From the NCBI GenBank assembly GCA_002633005.1, contig NMRA01000250.1, forward strand, positions 155,534 to 219,533: DNA of 64,000 nucleotides. Reading direction: 5' to 3'. How positions within the stretch are numbered: the stretch's first letter is position 1; the number at the start of each line of letters is the position of its first letter. Under the pieces are notes generated by a model that worked only from the letters and a program-made list of their open reading frames with translations, did not search any database and was not told the DNA's origin. Positions 13,987-24,215 of this stretch are shown here, piece by piece. The DNA comes from Phoronis australis (Eukaryota > Animalia > Phoronida). The translations under genes were made by a program, and so were the position numbers.

Positions 13987-14456
13987 TTATTGCTCTTTCT
14001 TAACCTCTGCCGTACTGTATCCAACACCATCTGGTATCGGGATATTCCCATTCTCTGACTCTGCACTTTTGTCTTTCCTCAGTCTAAATCTCTTTGCGTA
14101 CTTCCTAATAGCAAACTTCACAATCATGTAAAAGAATACCCAACTGATTGCGTAGATACAAGTTCCAGCTGCCCGTCCAACAAAACCGGTGTCCATCTGA
14201 TAATAAGCGTATATCAACTTAGATCCAACACCTAGTCGCACCACTCCAAACAGTACCATGAAGAGAATGTCATTGATGTCTCCAAGCCAAGTGTGGTAAT
14301 TACCCGTTTCTCGAAGGAACCACCTCAGCTGCAGTAAAGGGTTGGTAATTTCCGTCCCGAACAGTGTAGCGGTCATCTCAGTCCCATACATGCCCCTCAG
14401 TGTACTCATGCCCAGTCCAAGGTTGCTAACCACATGATGGAGCAGCATGACTTGAC
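13987..14456 (-). CDS. TLCD5: TLC domain-containing protein 5 (TMEM136), coding exon 3 (last)
   Basis: cactag acceptor, phase 1; MLLHH...GTEMTATLFGTEITNPLLQLRWFLRETG.Y...GD..D.LF..LF..VR.GVG closely matches TLCD5/TMEM136; TAA stop. Confidence 0.92.
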
Positions 14457-15564
14457 CTAGTGAAGAAGGATTACATGTAGCAACCACGACAACCATAATC
14501 ATTAACGCTGCATTCTTCCCAGTTTAGCTGGCTGAAAAACAAAGTCCCTTTATTCCCATAAAATCGGTCTCAAAATCATCCTCACCAGGATAGGACTATA
14601 TTTCCATTACCGACAGGAATATCGAAAGCATTTTAACTAATTGACAGAAAATGCTTATCAGAGCTTATTGCGGTTGACTGACCAAAAATTGTGAATTCGA
14701 AAATGACAAATGTACACATTGCCTGTGACTTCGATTTGTAAAAAAACAGAATCCTATTGTGGAAAATGATATAATAACACCGATGAAAGAAGAAGTCGAC
14801 CTAAATTGATTGTTATAGCTAGACAGAGACAAGTGCAGCTTTAAGTTCATTGTTTATTAACAACTCACACTTTCCTCAAGACTGAGAGGTTAAATGTATG
14901 AGCAAGAAGGCATGGAAAATACCAAAGAGCAAAATCAATCCTTTGATCATGCTTCTCAGGAGACAGTTACTCACATGAAGCTATTCGTGTACTTCTCCCC
15001 AAGTATCACGCCTGAGACAAAACAAGACGGTCTCAACAGATTGTCCTGTTACGAAAATACTATGCTAGCAAAGAAAAAATATTGATACCAAACTTTTGGT
15101 AAACCATCATCCAGCAACACCTTCAGTTCAGGACTTGACCCCAAATTTACAGGTCACCAAATGGGAACTGAGGTCGCCAAAATAAGAAAACTTCATGGCA
15201 TTGTCGAAAACCAAAAATGACAAACTGGAGGCAAAAACGATTGATTCTGACTTCGATTTGTTTACTTAAAGTAAATTTTGAGTGCCTGCTTGGATGGGTG
15301 TGCGGTAACTTCATGGTGACCTCAGAGTTTTACCAGGTCGCCAAACAAAATCCGAGGTCTCATTGGCGATTTGCTATCAAAAACTTGTATTTTTAACATT
15401 ATTGAGCTTTCAAAACTTATTTTTTCCGATATTACACTGTGTTGATTACTGAGCAAAAGCATAATGTCTGACAGACATTTACCATTTTGTTAATAAACTA
15501 ACTGCTGAGAATTTCTCAGTGAAGTAACACAAGGTTTTCTAAACTACGTCAAACATAAACTCAC

Positions 15565-15660
15565 TTTCTGTTTGGTGATACAGACACCAAATCAAGTCAT
15601 AGGAGAAGTAAGACCAACTCAGGATGGCGCACTTGTGCTGAAGTGGAGTGCTGGGTACAC
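15565..15660 (-). CDS. TLCD5: TLCD5 coding exon 2
   Basis: 96 bp, phase 1-1, caccag / gtgagt; GVPSTPLQ...YFSYDLIWCLYHQTE matches TMEM136 GSPNTPLQ...YFIFDLGWCVYFQSE. Confidence 0.92.
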
Positions 15661-16170
15661 CTGGTGGTAACAGAATAAAACTGAACATCAATGCAATGCC
15701 AAAGTCCGATACAGCACTAATTTGATCAACCTGAAATAGACAAAACTTCAAAGTGTACAACCGTAACACAACACCGTAACTACACTAACTCCTCCCCCAT
15801 GAGTAATCAATGAACTCCACTCCATACATGGTCTCCAGCCCCAAATATGAACTAAAAGAATGGTTCCAAAGATGGCGCAGCATGGGCGTTTCTAAAGTTT
15901 GCATGTCATGGCTTTGCAGTTTCTGTTTACGGCAATTTCAATGCATACCAAATTTACTGAGATTCATCAATGTCTGAGACAGGTGTTGACTGGCATTTTC
16001 ACAGCCTATGGAATAAATTATCGACCAGTCATGTCACTTTCATTTTGCAATTTATACCTGTAGGAATAAGAAAGTTTGCAGTGATTCTGCAGCACTCGCG
16101 TCACTGCACATCATCATCGCATACACAGCCTGAAATGATACTTTACACTGCTAATGCACTACAGTCTTAA

Positions 16171-17844
16171 AGGAGCATGCCACCCAAAAAACAACCTAAT
16201 TTGTATCAATTTAGATCGAGTAGTTCTTCTCCATAACGACAAGTGCGGTTGCGTTACCCAACACCTAATGGCAGACAGAGGTGTTGAAATTATCCAATGA
16301 TGTCATCGGTTTCACACGCAGTCTGTTCACGGGTTACTGGTGTCAGCCTATCTCTTGAAGTCATCATTTAAGACCAATAAATCATCAAACTTCGATGTAA
16401 AACCCTTAAAAATACACCAAGTTCTTATAAAAACGTGTTGTTTTATTTCGCTTTTACGGATTTATTGGTATTTGGACACACCGTAGCCTACAAAGTTCGG
16501 CAGGCCAATAAGGTCCATAGCAGGAGTTTGGGGTCCGTTCAGAGATAAATTCGAAGTATTTTCCGTGAGATACAGACAGGAGAACCAAGATCTGTGTTGT
16601 TTAGAGTTGTGATTTTTTAAGTTCTAAACACAAAACGCTTGTTATCCTGGCCAGTGGCTCAGAGACCGATCAGGCCCGTCGCGGCCGGCCAGATTGACTC
16701 CGAATCATTATCCCGGCCAGTGGCTCGGAAACTGATCAGACATCACGAACATAAACCATCCAAAGTTCGGTGGAAACTAAACTTCCAGTCAAAAAAATAT
16801 TATACTAGTGAGCCAAAGTAATGTGCACCTTGATTATGTTGGTGAATTACCCACGAAACTGCAAATCTACTTACTCGTCGGGGGCCGCGAATTCAGGTTC
16901 CGCTTTGGCCACAGCACCGTCAGGGCAGAAGATGTACATTGACAATCATTATTTGAGTAATGTAAATGCAAATAAAGATTCCCCTAACACCTGGTCGTGG
17001 GATGGAAATCGAGTTGTTTCACAACGGTTTCTGCCAGCAAACACTAAGTTAGCATGAGCTCACACGGCCTCGGTGTCCCGTCAATTAGTTTTATTGCACC
17101 TATAGCCGGTAACTCAGTGATTTATTCATTGCTGGCTTCTCAAATCATTTGCACTCACGAACACTCCAAAGGCATTACAACTTGCATCTAATGAGACAGA
17201 CTTTGTTTCAATTTTATATAAGTATTGGTTAGGGTAAGAATAATTCATTTTGAAACAGAACGCTCAGTAAACAATGCCAACAAGGCAACTCGCAATCCCG
17301 ACTTAGGACGAGGTAGAGAGCTCATCAATCCCGACTTCGCAGGTGGATCGTTAAGTTTTACAGGCTATCAATTCAAACAGGAATACAGTGATGAAGAAAT
17401 ACTAGAGAGGCGCCGTGAACAAGCTCAGACAACGGAACGTATGGAGTTATTTGGTAAGCCGGCATTCGTCAGGCACTGTCGACGTCTGCAGGCCACAGAC
17501 ACGGAGATGTTTCACGGCCTCATACTTGCCATTTACAGCTTACATTTCATTCTTCACTACCATGAGCCACTTCCTAAGCATTTCGGACTCTCGAGGAAGT
17601 AAAAAAAATGATATACCAGCTTTCCTCACAGCTGCTTAGTTCGGACAAGCGGGAACGATGCACCGCAACATAGCGGCATTCACTCTGCATATGAACCACT
17701 GACGTCGCTAGCATTGTTTCTCACCTTCCTCACAAGTTAACGCGACATCTCTTGGCAAGGTAAGGTCGACCGTATGCGAGGCGAAGTGGATATAGACCGA
17801 TTAAGATGGCAAAAAAGACTAATTAAATCGGGTGGCATTCTCCT
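16171..17844. mobile_element. Kolobok-like non-autonomous DNA transposon in a TLCD5 intron
   Basis: TTAA TSD (16167-16170, 17845-17848); TIR AGGAGCATGCCACCC / GGGTGGCATTCTCCT (14 of 15 match); THAP remnant on the minus strand (MLRCIVPACPN...) and a convergent plus-strand remnant GYQF(K/E)(Q/P)EY. Confidence 0.85.
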
Positions 17845-17894
17845 TTAATTTAACTGCAGTTTCCATTTGAACTATGCAAAGAAAAATCTTTCAT

Positions 17895-18227
17895 AAACAC
17901 CTCTAAGTCTGGTCTGCATGCCACCTGTTGATCACATCCCATGACCTAATGAACATAAGTGTGAAAAGATTTCTGCCCCAACCGGACTCGAACCCAGGAC
18001 CTTCTGCTAACAGTGCAGACACTCTGGTCCACTGAGCAACCAGGATCACTGATCAAAAAACAGAAATCCAATCAGTGGTCCCAATGGTTCAGTAGACTAG
18101 ACTGTTTGCATCATTAGCAGGTCACGGGTTCGAGACTCAGTTGGGGCAGAAATCTTTTCACAGTTATGCTCATTAGGTCATGTGATGTGAGCAGCAAGTG
18201 GTGTGCTGACCAGATTTAGAGCTGTTT
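17895..18227. mobile_element. Head-to-head inverted pair of tRNA-derived SINE-like units forming a long hairpin
   Basis: Arms 17895-18053 and 18071-18227 are imperfect reverse complements; each has A-box-like (TGGTTCAGTAG) and B-box-like (GGTTCGAG) motifs plus a shared tail. Confidence 0.75.
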
Positions 18228-18316
18228 GTGACCTATATATCCACCCAATTTCAAGTTTAATATTAGTTTGAAAATATCTTCCCAAATTTGAATGAGATGG
18301 ATTCAGCTCAGTTTAC

Positions 18317-18524
18317 CTGCTACTTCGAAAACGAAGGGTCCCTGAACAAATTGGCACCAGCCGCTGATGCATACGATCAGGATAGCGTGAATGCACGTGA
18401 CGACTCGGCAATGCCATTCAGGCCGGCGTGTGGGACTGTACCAGCAGAAAAACTTGTAGAGTACCGTCCAGCCAAGAACAGAGGCAAACCAGGGGTACAG
18501 GGTATTGTACACTGTCACTTCCAT
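18317..18524 (-). CDS. TLCD5: TLCD5 coding exon 1 (ATG at 18524); spliced CDS 774 nt, 257 aa
   Basis: GWTVLY..FC...RRPEWHCRVVTCIHA...GPF matches the TMEM136 N-terminus; acceptor just upstream (exon starts 18541), donor G/GTAAAC. Confidence 0.9.
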
Positions 18525-18940
18525 AGTTATACAGGCAGTGACTGAAACATAACCATAACCATATTGTTTTGATTGACTGACCACAAGAATAATGCCACTA
18601 GCAGATGCATTTCGCAGAGTGAGCTTTACAAATTTTGCTTTGATGGATTCAACCTTATAAGCTGCTACAAAATAGTTATTATGTTGCATTTTCGAGGTTC
18701 TAATACCTGTTTACATAGAATGTTTTCATTATGCGGACTGTGGATGTATTCATAAGAACCTGAATCATACTAAAATAAAAATAATTAAAACAACAAACAA
18801 AAACATATCCTTACTTTAAAGAGACTCAATACAAGGATGAAACAGTATCATTTAAATAGAACATTAGCAATGGTATTTCTTCCCAGCAAAAACCCCCATA
18901 TTTCAATTTATAAAACTTTCAAAATAAAGTTATCTTTGTG

Positions 18941-19168
18941 AGGCTCTACATATGAGTTGGTGCAAGCCCAGTCTCAATAAGCAACTGGCACACCACAGGT
19001 TGTCATTGTTGGTCTAATTTATTGTCACTCCCTGCAACTGACTGCGTTCATTACTTGTTGTTGGGCCTAGCAAGGAAGTCACTGTGTTTTTTTCTTCTGA
19101 CGAAGGTGTTTCAATAAACGACACCGAAACATGTCAAGCCAGTTTAAATCCGTTGTTGTTTTTATTAT
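18941..19168 (+). mobile_element. Short Penelope-like/retrozyme-like insertion carrying the hammerhead
   Basis: Flanked by the 14-bp direct repeat AAGTTATCTTTGTG (18927-18940, 19169-19182). Confidence 0.6.
19094..19138 (+). ncRNA. Minimal type I hammerhead ribozyme of the Penelope-associated kind
   Basis: CTT-CTGACGA-A-GGTGT...ACACC-GAAAC-AT-GTC-AAG: full catalytic core, stem II, palindromic stem III (ACATGT), GUC cleavage triplet and 3-bp stem I. Confidence 0.75.
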
Positions 19169-19231
19169 AAGTTATCTTTGTGGTACATTTAAGATTCCCC
19201 TCTGTCATCATTTACAGTCAAAAGCAATCAG

Positions 19232-19450
19232 ACAAAATAGTATATTCCAGCCATCAAGGCTAATTCTACTAACATCAAAAAATAACTGGCTGAAATAACA
19301 AACAAAATAGTGTATTCCAGCCATCAAGGCTAATTCTACTAACATCAAAAAATAACTGGCTGAAATAACAAACAAAATAGTGTATTCCAGCCATCAAGGC
19401 TAATTCTACTAACATCAAAAAATAACTGGCTGAAATAACAAACAAAATAG
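19232..19450. repeat. 70-bp tandem repeat, 3 copies
   Basis: ACAAAATAG recurs at 19232, 19302, 19372 and 19442 with near-identical intervening sequence. Confidence 0.9.
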
Positions 19451-21006
19451 CTTAGCCACCTTAATAAGTTTCCTGTTACAGAATTACCGGGAGGTGATTC
19501 TCTGATTAAGTCACATTGGTTAGTATAAATCTCAAGCATAGTTTCATATGTACATACAGGCATCTCCAATCATGTCTGCACTTGAGCTAAATTTGGTTGA
19601 ATGAGAAGACCATGATAACAAGGTCTTCACGGCGGAAAATTTGTGACCTACAGGCATATGTTGGGAACACAGCAAGCACAAAACAAAAACAAAGTATTTC
19701 AAAGTATGATGATTTTGTAGCTAAAAACAACACGAAAAAATATAAAATCTAATTAACTATCAAACTGGGTAGTCCAGGGCAATAAAAGCTTGTATTTCTG
19801 GTTAGACCCAAAAACTGAGGAACATAGAAGAGCTTTAATTTGAACAATTTGGCTTGCTTGATTTGAATTGAACCCAGCGCTCCCCATAGAAAATAGCTGC
19901 AGTGTGGTCAAAATATTTAAATTTGAACACAGAACCAGGGCACAAAATGGATTGTTTTAACATCCATTAACAATAGTATGGTTAGAAACAAAGAGAGTTA
20001 TGAAGGTGTTGACACATAGTTAGGGCTATCCAAGCCATCCATCAAGATTTATCTCTACACTGAAACAAATGTTAGTTTAAATATTGTACATTTACATATT
20101 TACATAACAACATTCCATAGTCAACAGCTAAGCAAGGGATATCATACTGTAAGCACACATAACACAAAGTCTTGATGCTAATTTTTCCCCACCTGGTGTT
20201 GAATCATAGAGGCAACGTGAGACAGCCAGAGCAGTTAGGTAGTGCTACATATCATCAGCTCCAAAAGGGATTGAATTTAACTTCATCACCTGAAGAAAAA
20301 AAGAGCACAGATATCTTCATGTCAGGATACTTTGGTCACAGTTTTTCATTTGTGTTGAAATTCTAACAAGATCTATAGTGTACTCTGTTGAGTTTGTTGT
20401 GTTCTAGTTGATGGAAACAAACCTGGTGATCAGTGTTTCAACAGATGACAGAACAACTGTTTTTCAACTGGATAATATAGACTACAGGCATGCAGAAAAC
20501 GGAGTGTCGGCAGCTGTTTCTAATGATTTCATGAACTGCCAAGACTATTTTCAGACTCTTCTGATACAAAACGCTGTGTCCAAAACTTGAGAAACATGAT
20601 GAACTCCAAAAATGCCCATGCCCCATTTTCAGAATCATAAAAATTCAATTTCTGCTGGAATATTGGTGTCCTAAATTTTAGAGAATGTCCAAAATTGGAG
20701 AAAATTTAGCGCATGTTTACAATTGGCCAGTTACCTTGCAAAATAAACCTCAATCACAAGGTTCTATTCCATTAACTAGAATGCAAATTCAATGCAAAAC
20801 ATTTTGTCAGATTATCAACACAAGACATCTCCACAGTATTAATCTCACAACTCTCCTTTGTTTCATTACAGATGCTTAAAGCCATCGTGCACAATAACTT
20901 AGCAAATGCGTAATATTAAAGATTATTTCCCAGGAAATACCGCCATGACAGGAGGGCAAAAGTTAGATTGCCTTCCCTCATGACCATTAATGAAAGAAAA
21001 TTAACA

Positions 21007-21258
21007 CATGCACGCACCCAGGGTGGTTCGAATGAGCCCCCCATTTAGCAAAGTGAGCAAAAAGATCCACTTCAGAGAAACAAAAGTCTGAGTAAACAAG
21101 ACAAAAGTCCACTAAAAAGGCAGGAACTATCAAAATTCGGCCAACGCATAATTCACAGCTCCGAATGTTCCTCGTTTTTTTCTTTTGTTTTTTTTTAGTA
21201 TAAGGTCCACATGCCCATTATTCAAACCCCCTCACTCTGTAGGCTGGGAGCGTGCATG
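21007..21258. mobile_element. CATG-ended MITE with 5-bp TSD, opposite orientation to the 3306 copy
   Basis: CATGCACGCACCC ... GGGAGCGTGCATG, with TAACA on both sides. Confidence 0.8.
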
Positions 21259-21610
21259 TAACACCTAGTAAGGTGGCTCAGCCATTCTGTAATTGTAATT
21301 TTGCCCCCATAATAGTCATTACCAAGCCATTTTGGTAACAATGTAATAAGCCCTTATGATCGGGAAATGGTATTTTGGGCGATTACTCTTGTCAAGTACC
21401 CTGTCAAAGGGAGCAGGTCAGTTTCAGTCGCCAAGGCAGTATGATAGTCAAAACGATTCTTTGAAACTAATTTTTCTTCAAACAAAGGTTAAGAATGTCA
21501 CACTTTGGCAAAATGGTGGCAAGTGTGAATGAAATTCGTGGTGAGGGGGGGTTGGAATTTTGGATAGCGAGAGAATTTTCCTCTTGTTGAAAAAAATGCT
21601 AATCAGAAGG

Positions 21611-22826
21611 CACTCACCGATTAAACATGGTTCCCGGCGATTTTGCTCCAATGCACACGCTCAACATAATCTCACACCAAGTGAAAATAACATCAAGCGT
21701 GACAAAATAAATTGAGATTGCTGATTGGTTGACAGTTATTCTGCAGTTCATTTGAAAGAGGCACGAATGAAAGAGGGGTAAGCTATGCGAATGGTGTGTG
21801 GTATTTATAAGTCATTAGCGTAAATAACTTGCAATTAATAGATGTATGTTATCAATGATTATGTTAGCACAACATGTGAAAAAAGGGTTGGAGGATATGT
21901 GCAAACTGGGACAAGTCAGAATGTTGTCTGACAGTATTATTAATTGTATTGTTTTGTTGTTTTTTTTTTATTCAGTTTGATTGGCATGACCCCTGAGTTA
22001 GGTACAATGATGATGTAATTTGTTTACTACAGTATAGTGAGGAACTTTCTAGAAGACTCTAGCATGACAGAGATAAATGCAGTCTGGAATATTCTAGAGA
22101 CTAGTATATGTTTGTAGAATGATTGGGTAGATTCAGGAAAGCTCTAGAATGTGCTTGAATTGATGAAAAGTTCCAGAACAATGCATTAGGCTATAAATAC
22201 ACAAGCACGGGTTTGTGTTAGTCAGATCAAGTCAGTTCAAGTGAGATCAAATCAGTTAATCAGAAGTTCAAGAAAGTTAATCAGGAGAACTACAGTTGAG
22301 TTGCAGTGAAGAGAATCAACAGTTACAGCGATATTCAATAGAGAGCCAGCTATAGAGACAGCAGGTTATTGAATCGACAAGTGTAACAGTTGGTGAATGT
22401 GTCTCAGAAGTTCATCACAAGTCAAGGCTTCGCAGCACTGGTTGGAGCATAGACATTACGTCGGACGTTTTGTTTGAGTAGGCTTGTGAACATACGGTCG
22501 GGATAAATAAAGGATTAACTCGAACCAGTCTTCAGTCTATCGTTGCACCGAAAGCTATTAGCACCGGTCTGTAACAACCTGCGCCCACCCACACGCGGGG
22601 GAAAATGTGACAAGGATGTACACCAGTAACATGTGAAAAGAAGGGTTGGCGGATATGTGCAAACTGAGATGTACACCTGTTCCAAGAACAAAAGTTCAAA
22701 TATTTACTTTCGTGGCCTCTCACCTGAATGTGACGTTACATATGTTGTTATTTTCATTTGATGTCAAATTACAGTGAGCATGCGCATTGGAGCAAAATCG
22801 GTGGCGAGCACGTTTAATCGGTAAAT
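21611..22826. mobile_element. Long-TIR non-autonomous element hosting the LTR-like insert
   Basis: ~90-bp imperfect inverted repeats: CACTCACCGATTAAAC...GATTTTGCTCCAATGC (from 21611) versus GCATTGGAGCAAAATC...GTTTAATCGGTAAATG (to 22826). Confidence 0.55.
22011..22576 (+). mobile_element. LTR-like fragment (Gypsy-type) followed by a degenerate primer-binding site
   Basis: TG...TGTAACA ends, TATAAATA at ~22192, AATAAA at ~22506; followed by CTGCGCCCAC..ACGCGGGG, resembling the tRNA-Lys PBS TGGCGCCCAACGTGGGGC. Left boundary uncertain. Confidence 0.5.
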
Positions 22827-23059
22827 GAGCTGTGAAACTTAACACACAATACCTACGTCAAATGATTCCATTTGTCTTTAATGGCTATGTCTTTACTCAA
22901 TGAATTAAATTAAGCATCGATAAATGGAATTACCCTTTATTAACAATTTGAAGTGTACTTTTAAGTGTCCAGTCAGTTTTAATCAGCAAGAACTCACTTG
23001 CTCGTCGGCCATATTGGATCGTTCTTGTAGGCTATACCTCTTGTTTATCATAGTGTCAT

Positions 23060-24215
23060 GATGAGAGGCTGATTAAACTTCAGGCATCCTTAGCGTTCGA
23101 TCGTCCCCAATACACTATGTATAATACTAAAAGGTCTGACACTTCCGACTAGGAATTCCACTGATGCTTCACTACAGCCGTCCAGATCAAACACAAATCT
23201 CAATGAATTTACACAAAACAAGGATTCAACAAACCATGAACAATTAACTTCTTTCTTCTGACAGCATTTGCAATGTCCTGCTCCAGCGAGTTTGCAACAA
23301 ATTTGCGATCAAAACACAAAAACCTTCCCAAAAGGCCAACGCATCACCACATCTGTTAGACGGGTCACTTGAGTTAGCACGGGAACTGCCATTTGACATC
23401 ATTAACTGCACACTAAGCCACACCATTTTGTAACCTTTCATGATGAACTAGCAATTGCTGTCATCCATCCATAACTCATTGGGTAATTCTGTACTTTGAT
23501 TTTAAACCAGCTCACGTGACCCATCTAGCAGATGTGGCGATGCATTGGACTTTGGGAAGATTTTTGTGTTTGGTCGCGAATTTGTTGCGAACTCGCTGAA
23601 GCAGGACAGTGTAAATGCCATCACAAGAAGGAAAAACTGTTTATGGTTTGCTGGATCCCTGGTTTGTGTAAATTTATTTGAGATTTGTGTTCGATATTAA
23701 TAGTGAAGCAACCGAGGAATTCCTAGTCCAGAGTGTAGGACCTTTTAGTAGTATTTATTTTAGTAGTATTTATTTTAGTAGTATTTATTTACTATGTGTA
23801 TTGGAAATTACTGATGAATTACGGATGGACAGCATTATCGACATCGTGACTTTACATGACAAACTGGCAATTTCCGTACCTTCCTTGACCTCGAGCCGTC
23901 CAAGATGGAAGTGTGTTTGGGCTTTTTGTGAACATTTTTGTTCTTTGATTGCAAATTTCTACGAAGTCGCCGGAACAGGACACCGTGAATGGTATTGGAA
24001 GAAAGAACAATTGCCAATGGTTTGTTGAAACCTTGTTTTGTGTAACTTTATTGAGTTTTATGTTAGCTATGGAGGGCTGAAGTGAAGCACCCGTGGAATT
24101 TCTAGTCGGGAGTGTCATACCTTGTAGTATTATATGTAGTGTATTGGGGACGATCAGAAGCTGAGGACGCCTGTGATCCTCAGGCTCTGTCAAGCCCTCA
24201 CTCACCGTCCCTCAT
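23060..24215. mobile_element. Foldback-like element with long inverted arms and an internal tandem subunit
   Basis: 23100-23380 is the degenerate reverse complement of 23505-23750 and of 23890-24170; the terminal segment recurs at 25018-25100. Confidence 0.6.

Noticed and set aside
17225-17602. 125-aa ORF as a host gene
   Set aside because: It lies within the Kolobok-like element and the frame is not preserved in the second copy.
17960-18150. tRNA genes (Asn-like anticodon loop)
   Set aside because: Acceptor stems are imperfect and each head is joined to a shared repeat tail; better explained as SINE-like units.
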